A DNA stretch of 64,000 nt from Pirellulales bacterium (GTDB taxonomy: Bacteria; Planctomycetota; Planctomycetia; Pirellulales; UBA1268): positions 15,719-79,718 of the forward strand of contig JBIIDT010000002.1 of NCBI GenBank assembly GCA_044238145.1, read 5' to 3'. This document shows, piece by piece, positions 43,905 through 56,027 of this stretch (position 1 is its first letter; every line of letters begins with the position of its first letter). A model generated the notes under the pieces. That model was not told the DNA's origin. It saw only the letters and a program-made list of their open reading frames with translations, and did no database searches. The position numbers and the translations under genes are program-made.

Positions 43905-44558
43905 TCAGCCCGCCTCCGGGAACCGCGCCGTCACCGCCGCCCGGATCCGCGCAGCGACCTGGCTGACGTCGCCGCCGGCATCCACGACCGCGATCGTGCC
44001 GCCGGCGCGGGCCGCCTCCGCCAGGAAGCCCTCGCGGAGCCGACGGCGGTACTCGTCGCCGCGATTCTCGAGCTTGTCGAGCGGCCGGGCGAGCCGGGCG
44101 GCGGCGGTCTCGAGATCGACGTCGAGCACGAGCACGAGGTCGGGCATCACGCCGCCGGTCGCCACCGTGCCGACCCGGCGGATGACCTCGGGATCGAGGC
44201 CGCCGGCGTGGCCCTGGTACACCACGTTGGCGAGGAGGTAGCGATCGGAGACCACCCAGTCGCCGCGGTCGAGGGCCGGCCTCACGACCTCGGCCACCAG
44301 CTGCGCCCGCGCCGCCATGTAGAGCAGCATCTCGGCGGTCGGGTCGACGTGCAGGTCGTGGCGGTCGAGGAGGATCGCGCGGATCGCGTCGCCGGCCGGC
44401 GTCGAGCCGGGGTCGCGGCAGGTGACGACCGTGCGGCCGCCGGCCCGCAGCCAGTCGACGAGCGCCGCGATCTGCGATGACTTGCCGGCGCCGTCGATGC
44501 CGTCGAGGGCGATGAACCGGCCGCGGCGGTCGGAGGCGGATGGGGCGGAAGCGGCCAT
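43905..44558 (-). CDS. tmk: Thymidylate kinase
   Basis: DGIDGAGKSS, RDPG, DRY..ANVVYQG, PDL. Confidence 0.95.
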   Translation of the reverse strand: MAASAPSASDRRGRFIALDGIDGAGKSSQIAALVDWLRAGGRTVVTCRDPGSTPAGDAIRAILLDRHDLHVDPTAEMLLYMAARAQLVAEVVRPALDRGDWVVSDRYLLANVVYQGHAGGLDPEVIRRVGTVATGGVMPDLVLVLDVDLETAAARLARPLDKLENRGDEYRRRLREGFLAEAARAGGTIAVVDAGGDVSQVAARIRAAVTARFPEAG

Positions 44559-44583
44559 GGGTCTTGGGGCGGATGGCGGACGG

Positions 44584-45510
44584 TCAGTGCGGGGCCTTGG
44601 GGTCGGCCGCCGTGGACGTGTAGCCGTGGGCCGTGAGCCACCGGCCGCACTCGCCGACCCAGGGGTGAAACCGGGCCGGGTCGTAGGGCTTCGTGCCGAG
44701 TCCCAGGCCGTGCGGTCCCTTTTCGTACACGTGCAGCGCGAACGGCCGGCCCGCCTGCCTCATCCGCAGCGCCAGCTGCAGGATCGGCTCGAGCTTGACG
44801 GCCGGGTCCTCGTGCGTGTGGAAGATGAAGACGGGCGGCATCCCGGCGATCCGAGCAGCCGGCATCGTCTCCGCCGACAGGTCGCGGACGACGTCGTCGG
44901 CCGGCGATTCGCCGAGCAGGTTGCGACGGGAGCCGCCGTGCGTCCACTCGGCCGCCATGCTCGCCACTGGATAGCAGAGCACGCCGAGGTTCGCCCGCGA
45001 CGCGTGCCGGTCGACCGGATCGGCCGCGTTCTCGTCCCCCTCGTCGCCGTGCGTGAGGAGCGTGAGGGCGAGATGGCCGCCGGCGGAACTGCCGATCACA
45101 CCGAGGCGGTGCGGGTCGATGCCCAGCCGCGATTGCTCGTGCCGCACGACCCGCATCGCGCGGGTCACGTCGCCGAGCATGACGGGATGCCGATAGCCCT
45201 TGCTGCCGAGGCGGTAGCGGAGCACGCCGGCGTCGATCCCCAGCGAGTTGAGCCACCGTGCATAGTCGGCGCCCTCGTGCGCGGCGAGTCCGCCGTAGCC
45301 GCCGCCCGGGCAGATCACGAACGCCGCCGCCGGCCCGGCCTCTCCCTTGACCCGTTCGGCCGCCCACCAGGTGATCACGGGCACGTCGTGGTCGGCCGCA
45401 CCGAGCGCCCCGGGCGCGTCGCCTTCCCAGAGCCGGATCACCTGCGGCTCGGCGGCTGCGGCACAGGCGGTCGTGACGAGGACGGCGAGGATCGCGCGGG
45501 GCACGGTCAT
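44584..45510 (-). CDS. Exported alpha/beta hydrolase (acetylxylan esterase-like)
   Basis: ICPGGGY, GSSAGGHL nucleophile elbow, HT.ED..V, HGLGLG. Confidence 0.85.
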   Translation of the reverse strand: MTVPRAILAVLVTTACAAAAEPQVIRLWEGDAPGALGAADHDVPVITWWAAERVKGEAGPAAAFVICPGGGYGGLAAHEGADYARWLNSLGIDAGVLRYRLGSKGYRHPVMLGDVTRAMRVVRHEQSRLGIDPHRLGVIGSSAGGHLALTLLTHGDEGDENAADPVDRHASRANLGVLCYPVASMAAEWTHGGSRRNLLGESPADDVVRDLSAETMPAARIAGMPPVFIFHTHEDPAVKLEPILQLALRMRQAGRPFALHVYEKGPHGLGLGTKPYDPARFHPWVGECGRWLTAHGYTSTAADPKAPH

Positions 45511-45565
45511 CGGGCTGGCTCCTGTAGGCGGAGCCGACATGATACGGCATCCCGCGGCGGTCGCG

Positions 45566-46111
45566 TCACTTCCGGTCGAGCAGCCGGGCGATGCCGAGCG
45601 GGTCGGTCGGGTCGAGCGGGGCGATCCGGCGGCAGACGTCCTGGGCCACCGTGCGTCGCCCCGTCTCCAAGAGGCAGTGCACGAGCCCCTTCGCGGCCTC
45701 GTGCAGCGGTTTGTTGCCCGCGAGCGCATAGGGCAGCGGCCGCGGGTGGCCCGCCGCCTCGACCGCCCGCAGGCAGAGTTCGTAGGCCCGGCCGAAGTGG
45801 CCGCGGGCGAGCTTCGGGTCGTTCTCCTCCAGCGCGATCAGCCCGAGTTGAACGTGCGCCTCGAGGAAGTCGGGGCACTCCGAGAGCAGCCACACCAGTT
45901 CGTCGCGGGCGATCTCCGTCTCGCCCGCCTCGACCATCGCCTCGACCTCCTCGATGTCCTCGCGTCGCTTGCGGGCACAGCGGGGCTGGACGATCTCCCA
46001 CGCCGCGGCGTCGGCCGCCTCGCGGCGGACCACCGTGATCGATTCGCGGCCGCGTCGGGCGGCCGGCCGGCGGCGGGGGCCATCGTCGGCCGGCGGATCG
46101 GGGCGCGTCAT
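45566..46111 (-). CDS. TPR-like hypothetical protein
   Basis: CPDFLEAHVQLGLIALE..ARGHFGRAY helical repeats, DPTDPLG end. Confidence 0.6.
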   Translation of the reverse strand: MTRPDPPADDGPRRRPAARRGRESITVVRREAADAAAWEIVQPRCARKRREDIEEVEAMVEAGETEIARDELVWLLSECPDFLEAHVQLGLIALEENDPKLARGHFGRAYELCLRAVEAAGHPRPLPYALAGNKPLHEAAKGLVHCLLETGRRTVAQDVCRRIAPLDPTDPLGIARLLDRK

Positions 46112-46183
46112 GCGAGGTGCCTGGAGACTCGACTACACTCCCATCGTTGGAACCGACTGAAATCGCGTTTGCAAGGGGCGAGA

Positions 46184-47317
46184 GTGAAGGTCGCGGGCAA
46201 GGGAACGAGCCGCCGCCGGTCCGGTGATCGCCGTGGCCAGGTGGTCGCCGACGTGGCCCGGCCGCTGCTCGCCTGGTACGCCCGGGCGCGGCGCGACCTG
46301 CCCTGGCGGCGGTCGGCCGATCCGTACCGCGTCTGGGTGAGCGAGATCATGCTCCAGCAGACGCAGGTCGAGCGGGTGAAGGATTTTTTCGAGCGGTTCG
46401 TGGCGCGGTTTCCCGACGTCGCCGCGCTCGCCGCCGCCCGCGAGGCCGAGGTGCTGCGGCTCTGGGAGGGGCTCGGCTATTACCGCCGGGCCCGGCAGCT
46501 GCATGCGGCCGCGAAGCGGGTGATGGATGAGTTCGGGGGCGAGTTCCCCGGCACCGCCGCGGCGCTGCGGGCGCTGCCGGGGATCGGCCGCTATACGGCG
46601 GGCGCCATCGCCTCGATCGCTTTCGACCAGCCGGAGCCGATCGTGGAGGCCAACTCGCGGCGCGTGATCGCGCGGCTCGTGGGCCACGACGGGCCACTGG
46701 GAGGGGCCGCGGGCGACGAGCCGATCTGGGAGGCCGCGCGGGCGTTCGTGCCGCGTCGTCATCCGGGCCGCTTCAACCAGGCGCTCATGGACCTCGGTGC
46801 GGTCGTGTGCACGCCGAACCGGCCGCTGTGCGGCACCTGTCCGCTCGCGGAGTCGTGCGTCGCCCGACGCGACGGACGGGTGGACGAGATTCCGCGCCGG
46901 GCCGAGCGGCGGGCCACGAAAGAGCTTCGCGAGACGGCGGTCGTCGCCAGCCGAGCGGGCCGCGTGCTCGTCGTGCAGCGTGCGGCGGGCGAATGGTGGG
47001 CCGGGCTGTGGGATTTTCCCCGCGTGCCGGGGCGGATGGCGCGGGCGGCCCGGGGAATCGCCGCCTCGCCCGTGCTCGGTTCGCTGGGCTGCGGCCGGCC
47101 CGAGCGGCGCGGCACCGTGGTGCACACGGTCACGCATCATCGGATCACGCTCGACGTCGTCCGCTGCGCGGCCCGGCGGGCCGGCCGGCGCGGGGCCGGA
47201 CGCCGGTGGGTGACGCCCCGCCAGCTCGCGGCCCTGGCGCTGACGAGCCCCGCCCGGCGGATCGCCCGGCTCGTCGTGGAGCGGCGGCCGGCGACCGCCG
47301 CTGCAGGAGCGGTATGA
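46184..47317 (+). CDS. mutY: A/G-specific adenine glycosylase
   Basis: RDLPWR, SEIMLQQT, WEGLGYYRRA, LPGIGRYTAGAI, Fe-S C-x6-C-x2-C-x5-C; GTG start approximate. Confidence 0.93.
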   Translation: MKVAGKGTSRRRSGDRRGQVVADVARPLLAWYARARRDLPWRRSADPYRVWVSEIMLQQTQVERVKDFFERFVARFPDVAALAAAREAEVLRLWEGLGYYRRARQLHAAAKRVMDEFGGEFPGTAAALRALPGIGRYTAGAIASIAFDQPEPIVEANSRRVIARLVGHDGPLGGAAGDEPIWEAARAFVPRRHPGRFNQALMDLGAVVCTPNRPLCGTCPLAESCVARRDGRVDEIPRRAERRATKELRETAVVASRAGRVLVVQRAAGEWWAGLWDFPRVPGRMARAARGIAASPVLGSLGCGRPERRGTVVHTVTHHRITLDVVRCAARRAGRRGAGRRWVTPRQLAALALTSPARRIARLVVERRPATAAAGAV

Positions 47318-47340
47318 TGGGGCGTCTCCAGGAACAACCC

Positions 47341-48105
47341 ATGGCGATCGTGCGTCGGCTGGTGGCGGTGATGGCGGTGGCCCTCGGTGCCGCGGCCCAG
47401 GGCGCGGAACCGGCCAAGCCGCTGCAGGTGCTCTACATCACCGGCGGCTGCTGCCACGACTACGAGGGCCAGAAGAAGATCCTCGTGCCGGCCCTCGAGA
47501 CCCGGGCCGGGGCCAAGGTCACGGTGATCCACGAAGGGGGATCGAGCCTCGACCACAAGGTCTCGATCTACTCGCAGCCCGCCTGGTCGAAGGGCTACGA
47601 CGTCGTCTTCCACAACGAGTGCTTCGCGAACGTGAAGGATCCCGCGTTCCTCAAGGGCATCGTGGCGGAGCACGAGCAGGGCACGCCAGCGGTGGTCATG
47701 CACTGTGCGATGCACTGTTACCGGGCGGGCACCGACGACTGGTTCAAGTTCTGCGGCGTGACCTCGCCGGGCCACGGCAAGCACTACGAGTACACGGCCC
47801 GCACCATCGCCGAGCACCCGGTGCTCGAGGGGCTGCCGCGGGAGTGGAAGGTGCCCAAGGACGAGCTCTACTTCATCGACAAGCTGTGGCCCACCGCCAC
47901 GCCGCTCGTCGAGGCGCGGAGCGAGGAGCGGCAGGCGATGCAGACGGTGGTGTGGACGAACCAGTTCGGCAAGGCCCGCGTGTTCGGCACCACGATCGGC
48001 CACTACAACGACACCGTCGAGACGCCCGAGTTCCTCGGGCTCGTGACGCGGGGCACGCTCTGGGCCGCGGGCCGGCTCGGCAAAGACGGCGTGCCGGCCC
48101 GCTGA
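47341..48105 (+). CDS. Exported ThuA-like (glutamine amidotransferase-like) domain protein
   Basis: [35 protein letters not shown]. Confidence 0.8.
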   Translation: MAIVRRLVAVMAVALGAAAQGAEPAKPLQVLYITGGCCHDYEGQKKILVPALETRAGAKVTVIHEGGSSLDHKVSIYSQPAWSKGYDVVFHNECFANVKDPAFLKGIVAEHEQGTPAVVMHCAMHCYRAGTDDWFKFCGVTSPGHGKHYEYTARTIAEHPVLEGLPREWKVPKDELYFIDKLWPTATPLVEARSEERQAMQTVVWTNQFGKARVFGTTIGHYNDTVETPEFLGLVTRGTLWAAGRLGKDGVPAR

Positions 48106-48205
48106 CTGCGGTTTCGCCGAGCCGCTTCCGGTGGGTCGCGGTTTCATTAGGATGATGACGGCGGGCCGTCCGGGACGACGGCTCAACCACGAGGAGACGG
48201 CGACG

Positions 48206-49351
<1,146 letters not shown>

Positions 49352-49386
49352 CCTTGGGCGGCGTTCGTGCCCGGGGACCGGCATTT

Positions 49387-49410
49387 CCGGGCTCAAAAGC
49401 CCGGTTTTTT
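49387..49410 (+). terminator. Intrinsic terminator after carA
   Basis: ccgggc-tcaaaa-gcccgg-tttttt. Confidence 0.6.
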
Positions 49411-49523
49411 GACAACCCCGGGGCGTGTGCCAGAGTTTTTCGAAGGCCCGGGCTGCATCCCGGGCCCTCCCGCCGCGCCCCGGCGGCCCCAGCCTCTGCA
49501 CCCCCTTCCCGGAGATTCTCTCC

Positions 49524-50030
49524 ATGTCGTCGTTCATCCGTGCCTGCGCCTGCTGCGGTCTTGCCGCCGCGATCGCCCTGGTCTCGAGCCTCGCGGCCGA
49601 GGCCGGTTTCGGCCACCGTCACCGTCTCGAGCCCGGCTGTGCCGCGGTCGAGCCGGGCTGCTCCGCCTTCGAGCCCGCCCCCTGCATCGAGCCCTCGTGC
49701 GGCTTCGAGCCGGGCTGCGGCGCCGAGACCTGCTGCCCGACGAACCCCTGCATCAAGTACCGCCACAAGCACGCCCACAAGCACAAGCACTGCGGCTGCT
49801 GCCCGGAGCCGACCTACGAGACGGTTCTCAACCCGGTCAGCCCGGAGACCTGCCGTGCGGTGGCCGTGCCGGTCTGCCTGCCGGCCTGCTGCCAGGGCTG
49901 CCCCTGCGAGACCTCGCGGTGCACGCTCCTCGGCTGCGGCCAGGTGCGGTACGACTACGCTTGCGGCTGCAGCGTGATCGTCCGCTTCCAGAAGTGCGGC
50001 GACATCTGCGTGACCTACGTCGGCTTTTGA
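49524..50030 (+). CDS. Exported Cys/His-rich small protein with EPxC repeats
   Basis: 168 aa, 26 Cys, EPGC/EPSC repeats, HKHAHKHKH; GGAG RBS, own terminator. Confidence 0.75.
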   Translation: MSSFIRACACCGLAAAIALVSSLAAEAGFGHRHRLEPGCAAVEPGCSAFEPAPCIEPSCGFEPGCGAETCCPTNPCIKYRHKHAHKHKHCGCCPEPTYETVLNPVSPETCRAVAVPVCLPACCQGCPCETSRCTLLGCGQVRYDYACGCSVIVRFQKCGDICVTYVGF

Positions 50031-50073
50031 GTCGCCTTAGCGGCTCATTCCGCAGTTGACAACGAGTTCGATG

Positions 50074-50107
50074 GCCCGGCTGGGGTTCGCCCCGGCCGGG
50101 CTTTTTT
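50074..50107 (+). terminator. Intrinsic terminator
   Basis: gcccggctgggg-ttcg-ccccggccgggc-tttttt. Confidence 0.85.
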
Positions 50108-50199
50108 CGTGCTGTAACGAAATGGGCGGCCCGCCGTCATCTTGGTGGCGGGGCCGAGGCAGGCCCTCGAGCCCCAGGTGATCCCGAAGGAGCGCACCC

Positions 50200-50772
50200 A
50201 TGGACGCGACCAGCGACGGCCACGGCTGGATCCTTGCGGCCGTCGATGCCTACGAACTGCCGCTGGTGCGGTACGCACGCCGGCTCTTGGGCGACGTCGA
50301 TCTCGCGGCCGACGCCGTCCAGCACGCCTTCGTGCAGCTGTGCGGCGAGTCGCGGGCCGCCGTCGGCGACCACCTCGCCCCGTGGCTGTTCCGCGTCTGC
50401 CGCAACAAGGCCCTCGACCACCTGCGGCGGGCCGGCCGCGAGCAATCGCTCGTGGACGCCGAGGCCGACGGAGCCGTGGAGGTCACGACACGTCCGCCCG
50501 CCGATCGCGCGGCCGATCCCGCGACCGCCGCCGAGCGCCGCGAACTCGCCGCTCGGCTTCGCGACCTGCTCCGTGATCTGCCGGCCCCGCAGCGGGAGGC
50601 GATCGACCTGTGGTGCGAGGGTTTTACGGCGAAGGAGATCGCCGCGATCACCGGTCGCACCGAGGGGCACGTCCGCGTGCTCACGCACCGCGGCCTCGCC
50701 GCCCTGCGCGGCCATCCGTCGATCCGCAGCCTGCTCTCGACCGCGACGCCCACTGCACACGGCACCGCCTGA
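50200..50772 (+). CDS. ECF sigma-70 factor
   Basis: AADAVQHAF, WLFRVCRNKALD, LPAPQREAI, KEIAAITGRTEGHVR. Confidence 0.9.
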   Translation: MDATSDGHGWILAAVDAYELPLVRYARRLLGDVDLAADAVQHAFVQLCGESRAAVGDHLAPWLFRVCRNKALDHLRRAGREQSLVDAEADGAVEVTTRPPADRAADPATAAERRELAARLRDLLRDLPAPQREAIDLWCEGFTAKEIAAITGRTEGHVRVLTHRGLAALRGHPSIRSLLSTATPTAHGTA

Positions 50773-50821
50773 CAAACCCATTTCCCCCACACCGGGCCCG
50801 AACCCCGAGGAGACCGACGCC

Positions 50822-52993
50822 ATGACCCACGACCACGAGCTGGATCGCGAGCGGCACGACGTCCTGCTCACCGCCTACGCGCTCGACGCGGTCACGCCCG
50901 AGGAACGGGCCGCCGTCGAGCGGCTGCTTGCCGACCCGGCAAACGCCGCCGCCCTGGCGCATGTGGCCGAGGTCCGGACCACGGCCGCGGCTCTCAAGGT
51001 AGCGCGAGACGCTGACATGCCCGCGCGGTCGCCCGACCTGCGGCGGGCCGTGCTCGCCGCCGCAGCCGGCCGGGGAGACGTGACGCCCGCCAAGCCCCGC
51101 GGTCGTGGTGGACTCGGAAAGTGGGTGTTGGCGCTCGGCTCCTGCGCCGCCGTGTGTCTTTTGGTGGCCGGGCTGATGCTGCCTGCCATCAATGCCTCGC
51201 GGGAGGTGACGCGACGGCAGGTGGCGCTCGTGCGGGATCGCGAAGCGGCGGTGCGACGCGTGACCGCGGCCGGCGCGGCGGGGGAAGGCGAGCCGACCGC
51301 GCAGCCCGGCGTCGAGGAACTGCACGAGGAAGTCCTGCTCGCAGAAGACCTCGAGGTAAACATGCCCTTGGCCATCGAACTTTCTGAGTTCGGCGACGCA
51401 GCCGCCCCTGCCGACGAGCTCTCTTCCATCGGCGCCATCGGCGGTTCAGGGTATGGCTCCAGTGGCCGCAGGGCAGCCGGCCAGCTCAAAATGAGCGGTG
51501 GCGGTGGTGGCGGCGGCGACATTGAGGCATCTGAGGGTCGATCGAACACCGCCGGCGAGCGGTACAACCGCTTCGCCGAAAACCGCTTCCTCGCCGTCGC
51601 CGAGCAGCCGCTCTCCACGTTCTCGATCGACGTCGATACGGCTTCCTACGCCAATGTCCGTCGCTTCCTTACCGCCGGCCAGCGGCCGCCGCGGGATGCC
51701 GTGCGGATCGAGGAACTCGTCAACTACTTCCGCTACGCCTATCCGCAGCCAGCGGGAGACGATCCGTTCTCGGTCACGGTCGAGGCGGCCGCCTGCCCGT
51801 GGCGGGCCGGCCATCGAATCGTCCGCGTCGGCGTCCAGGGCCGCGACGTGCGCCGCGACGCTCGCCCCGCCGGGAACCTCGTGTTCCTCGTGGACGTGTC
51901 GGGCTCGATGGACGAGCCGAACAAACTCCCGCTCGTGAAGCGGGCCCTGGGCATGCTCCTCGACGAGCTCACGGAGAACGACCGGGTCGCGATCGTGACC
52001 TACGCCGGCAACGCCGGGCTCGTCCTTCCCTCCACCAGCGGCGACCAGAAACAAAAAATCCGGGCCGCGATCGACGCCCTCGAGGCCGGTGGCTCGACGC
52101 ACGGCAGCGCCGGCATCAACCTCGCCTACGAGCAGGCCGCGGAGCGGTTCATTCCGGGGGGGGCCAACCGCGTCATCCTCTGCACCGACGGTGATCTGAA
52201 CGTGGGCGTCACCAGCGACGAGGCCCTCGTCGAGCTGATCGCCCGGAAGGCGAAGGGAGGCACGTTCCTCACCGTGCTCGGGTTCGGCGAGGGGAACCTC
52301 CAGGACGAGAAGATGGAGAAGCTCGCCGACAACGGCAACGGCATCTACGCCTACATCGACGGCGTCCGTGAGGCGCGGAAGGTGCTCGTCGAGCAGCTCA
52401 CGGGCTCCACGATCACGATCGCCAAGGACGTGAAGATCCAGGTGGAGTTCAACCCCGCCCAGGTCGCGTCGTACCGGCTGCTCGGCTACGAGAACCGGAT
52501 CCTCGCCGCCGAGGACTTCCGCGACGACAAGAAGGACGCCGGCGAGATCGGTGCGGGGCATGCGGTCAGCGCGCTCTACGAGATCGTGCCGGCGGGGGCG
52601 GCGGCCGCCGAGCCCGGCCGCGGGGCCGAGCCGCTCAAGTATCAGCCGGCCCCCGCCCCGGCGGCCCCGGCGCCCAAGCCCGCGCTCGATGGGCCCGCGG
52701 GCCGCGAGCTGCTCACGGTGAAGCTCCGGGCCAAGCGGCCGGACGGAGACACGAGCCGCCTCACGGAGGTGCCGCTGGCCGAGGCGGGCGGCGGGTTCGA
52801 CGCGGCCTCGGCCGACCTGCGGTTCGCGGCGGCGGTGGCGGCCTTCGGCATGATCCTCCGCGACAGCGAGCACCGGGGCACGGCCACGCTCCCGCTCGTC
52901 GCCGACATCGCCGGCGCCGCCCTGGGCGAAGACGCCGGCGGTTACCGCGCGGAGTTCCTCGACCTCGTCCGCAAGGCCGAGGCGGTGCGGTAG
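50822..52993 (+). CDS. Anti-sigma-like N-terminus fused to YfbK-type vWA (vWF_A/DUF3520) protein
   Basis: LLTAYALD..ERAAVE anti-sigma-like start, TM, STFSIDVDTASY, MIDAS DVSGS, TDGD, DAGEIG. Confidence 0.85.
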   Translation: MTHDHELDRERHDVLLTAYALDAVTPEERAAVERLLADPANAAALAHVAEVRTTAAALKVARDADMPARSPDLRRAVLAAAAGRGDVTPAKPRGRGGLGKWVLALGSCAAVCLLVAGLMLPAINASREVTRRQVALVRDREAAVRRVTAAGAAGEGEPTAQPGVEELHEEVLLAEDLEVNMPLAIELSEFGDAAAPADELSSIGAIGGSGYGSSGRRAAGQLKMSGGGGGGGDIEASEGRSNTAGERYNRFAENRFLAVAEQPLSTFSIDVDTASYANVRRFLTAGQRPPRDAVRIEELVNYFRYAYPQPAGDDPFSVTVEAAACPWRAGHRIVRVGVQGRDVRRDARPAGNLVFLVDVSGSMDEPNKLPLVKRALGMLLDELTENDRVAIVTYAGNAGLVLPSTSGDQKQKIRAAIDALEAGGSTHGSAGINLAYEQAAERFIPGGANRVILCTDGDLNVGVTSDEALVELIARKAKGGTFLTVLGFGEGNLQDEKMEKLADNGNGIYAYIDGVREARKVLVEQLTGSTITIAKDVKIQVEFNPAQVASYRLLGYENRILAAEDFRDDKKDAGEIGAGHAVSALYEIVPAGAAAAEPGRGAEPLKYQPAPAPAAPAPKPALDGPAGRELLTVKLRAKRPDGDTSRLTEVPLAEAGGGFDAASADLRFAAAVAAFGMILRDSEHRGTATLPLVADIAGAALGEDAGGYRAEFLDLVRKAEAVR

Positions 52994-52995
52994 AT

Positions 52996-53146
52996 CGCAT
53001 CCCGGCGGACTGTAGCGACGTCGCGCTCATCCAGACGGGGTAGGCGAAGGGGGTCGGCGAACGCTCGAGGAGCCTATGGCCGCTTCGGCCATCAGCGACG
53101 AGACTTTTGCCGCCCCCGAGCCAGCGACACACTGAATCCGGATGCG
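52996..53146 (+). repeat. Structured dispersed repeat family 2, copy 2
   Basis: Core 53048-53104 shared with 6882-6938; ends cgcatcc..g/ccggatgcg form an inverted repeat. Confidence 0.85.
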
Positions 53147-53165
53147 CCCTAGCGTCGAGCGACGG

Positions 53166-54221
53166 TCAGGCGTGGTGGGCCAGCCAGCGCTCGGCGTCGA
53201 GGGCCGACATGCACCCGGTGCCGGCGGCCGAGATCGCCTGCCGGTAGTAGTCGTCGGCGACGTCGCCCGCCGCGAACACGCCCTCCACGCTCGTCTCCGT
53301 GCGGAAGTGCTTCTTCCACACGATGTACTTCTTCGGCGTGAGCTCGAGCTGCCCCGCGAGGAAGGCCGTGTTCGGCGTGTGGCCGATGGCGAGGAACACG
53401 CCCGCCACGGGCAGCGTCTCCTGGCCGCCGCCCGTCGTGCTCTCCAGCCGCACGGCCGTCACGCCCTTCGCGTCGTCGCCGAGCACCTCGGCCAGGGCCG
53501 TGTTGAAGTGAATCTGGATCTTCGGGTTGTCGACGGCCCGCTGGGCCATGATTTTGCTCGCCCGCAGGGCATCGCGGCGGTGCACGAGGTGCACCCGGCT
53601 GGCGAACTTCGAGAGGTAGGTCGCCTCCTCGACCGCCGAGTCGCCGCCGCCGACCACGACGAGCGGCTGATTGCGGAACCGCGGCAGCGCCCCGTCGCAC
53701 ACGGCGCAGGCGCTGACGCCCCGGTTCTTGAACTGCTCCTCGCTCGGAAGGCCCAGCCAGTTCGCGCTCGCCCCGGTGGCCACGATCACGCACTTCGCCC
53801 GCACCTCGCCCCCCTCGGCCGGGAAGAGTCGAAAGGGCCGCGTGGAGAAGTCGACCTTCGCGATGTCGTCGGTGACGATCCGCGTGCCGAAGTTCAGGGC
53901 CTGCTGCCGCATGAGTTCCATTAGTTCGGGGCCGGTCACCCCCTTGCCCTCGTGCGGGGCCATCATCATCCGCCGCTCCTTGGGGAGCGCCGAGTCGAGG
54001 AAGCCGCCGAGGTCGCCGTGGGGGAAGCCGGCGTAGTTCTCCACCTCGCTCGTGAGCGCGAGCTGTCCCAGCGGCAGCGTGCCCGCCATCCGGTTCTTCT
54101 CGGTGATCGCCCCCTCGTAGACGAGCGGCTTGAGCTGCGCCCGGGCGGCGTAGGTGGCGGCTGACCAGCCGGCCGGCCCGCTGCCGATGATGACGAGGGT
54201 TTCGTCGGAGGGGGAAGACAT
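53166..54221 (-). CDS. trxB: Thioredoxin reductase
   Basis: [35 protein letters not shown]. Confidence 0.95.
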   Translation of the reverse strand: MSSPSDETLVIIGSGPAGWSAATYAARAQLKPLVYEGAITEKNRMAGTLPLGQLALTSEVENYAGFPHGDLGGFLDSALPKERRMMMAPHEGKGVTGPELMELMRQQALNFGTRIVTDDIAKVDFSTRPFRLFPAEGGEVRAKCVIVATGASANWLGLPSEEQFKNRGVSACAVCDGALPRFRNQPLVVVGGGDSAVEEATYLSKFASRVHLVHRRDALRASKIMAQRAVDNPKIQIHFNTALAEVLGDDAKGVTAVRLESTTGGGQETLPVAGVFLAIGHTPNTAFLAGQLELTPKKYIVWKKHFRTETSVEGVFAAGDVADDYYRQAISAAGTGCMSALDAERWLAHHA

Positions 54222-54431
54222 GGTGAGGCTCCGCGACAGGAACGAATGCCCGCTGTGGGCCGGGGCCGAAGCGGTGAACCGAAAGGGATGATGTACCCGG
54301 TCGGGCCGTGGGCGGAAACCCGTCCGCCCCTTCGCCGGGAAAAAACGGTCCCGCTTGGCGGCGGCAAACCGCTGGCGGTCGCTGGTAGACTGGCGTCGAG
54401 CGGGGACAGGACCTCTCCGCGGAGCCGCCGC

Positions 54432-56027
54432 ATGCCCGCGTTCACCACGATCCTGTCGCTCGCGTTGCTCGCCGCCTGCGGCTGGCTGCTGGCCTCGCGC
54501 CGCCGGCTTGCAGCCGACGTCGAGCGGCTGACCGGCTTCATGGACCACGGGCCATTCCTGGCCTTCATGAAGGATGCCGACGGCCGCTACGTCCACGAAA
54601 ACCGCCGGTTGGTCGAGCACATCGCCCGGATTCGTCCCGGCACGACGAGCCTGCTAGGGCGCACCGATCGCGAACTGTTTCCCAGGGCCGAGGAGCAGTC
54701 ATACGTCGGCAACGACGGGCGGGTCATCGACCTTCGCCGCCCCTTGCAATTCGACGAGATCTCCGTCGATGCCGACGGCACGGTGCGCCACTGGTCTACG
54801 GTCAAGTTCCCACGGCTGGACGCGAGCGGCCGGCCGGGCATCGCCGGCATCGCCATCGACGTCACCGACGCGTGGCAGGCCCGCAGCGACGCCCGCTCGA
54901 GCGAGGACCGCTGTGCGATGGCCATCGAAGCCGGTCGGATGGGCACCTTCACCCTCGACCTCGGCACGCAGACCCTCGACACCTCGCCGCTGTTCGCCGT
55001 CCTCCACGGCCGCCCCGAAACCAAGACCCGGCTCGGCCTGGAGGAGTCGCTCGCCGAGGTGCACGCCGAGGACCGGCCGAAGATCCTCGCGGCCGTGCAG
55101 GCCGCCCTCCGCGACCGCGCCCCCAACCGCATCGCCTACCGCGTGACCGCCCCCGACGGGGCCGTCCGCTGGATCGAACTCGTGGGCCGGGTCTTCAGCG
55201 ACGAGGCGGGGCGGCCGACCGTGGTGCGCGGCGTCGGTTTCGACGTCACCGAGCAGCAGTCGGCCTACGAGGAAATCGCCCGTCGCAAGCAGATGTTGCG
55301 CCGGCTCATCGACGTGCAGGAGAACGAGCGGCAGTTATTGTGCCACGAACTGCACGACGGCCTCATTCAATACGCCATCGGCGCGAAGATGCTGCTCGAA
55401 TCGGCGCGGGACGAGGTCGACGACGCGCTCCGTACCGAACGCATCGACTCGGCCCTCGATTGCCTGGAGCGGGGGATCGCCGAGGGGCGGCAGGTGATCC
55501 GCGGCGTGCGTCCGGCGGTGCTCGACGACCTGGGCCTGTCCGCAGCGATCGTCGATCTCGCCGATCAGTTGGGATCCGCCGGCATCGCCGTGGAGACGAC
55601 ACTCGGCGCGGGGATCGACGCAGTGCCTCCGGCATTGTGCACGACGGTCTACCGGGTGGTGCAGGAGTCCCTCACCAACGTCCGCAAGTACGCCGGCACC
55701 GACCGTGCGACGCTCGCCATTCAACGCTTCCCCGCAGCGATCCACCTCGAGGTCTGCGACGCGGGCGCCGGCTTCGATCTGGATAAGGCCCGCCGCCGGG
55801 GATTCGGCCTCGTGGGCATGACCGAACGCGTCCGGCTGGCGGGCGGGACGATTGAGATCGAAACCCGGCCGAACGCCGGCTGCCGGGTGGCGGCACGCCT
55901 GCCGATCCCGGACGAAGCCGAGCCGTCCGCCGCAGGCAGCGACGCCTCCGCCGACCTGGGTGCGGCCGGCGGCTGGCGTCCGAACGCGGCCCCGTCCCCC
56001 GCGCTGCCACGGGTGGCCCGCGCATGA
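54432..56027 (+). CDS. PAS-PAS sensor histidine kinase (HisKA_3/NarX-type)
   Basis: One TM, two [47 protein letters not shown]. Confidence 0.9.
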   Translation: MPAFTTILSLALLAACGWLLASRRRLAADVERLTGFMDHGPFLAFMKDADGRYVHENRRLVEHIARIRPGTTSLLGRTDRELFPRAEEQSYVGNDGRVIDLRRPLQFDEISVDADGTVRHWSTVKFPRLDASGRPGIAGIAIDVTDAWQARSDARSSEDRCAMAIEAGRMGTFTLDLGTQTLDTSPLFAVLHGRPETKTRLGLEESLAEVHAEDRPKILAAVQAALRDRAPNRIAYRVTAPDGAVRWIELVGRVFSDEAGRPTVVRGVGFDVTEQQSAYEEIARRKQMLRRLIDVQENERQLLCHELHDGLIQYAIGAKMLLESARDEVDDALRTERIDSALDCLERGIAEGRQVIRGVRPAVLDDLGLSAAIVDLADQLGSAGIAVETTLGAGIDAVPPALCTTVYRVVQESLTNVRKYAGTDRATLAIQRFPAAIHLEVCDAGAGFDLDKARRRGFGLVGMTERVRLAGGTIEIETRPNAGCRVAARLPIPDEAEPSAAGSDASADLGAAGGWRPNAAPSPALPRVARA

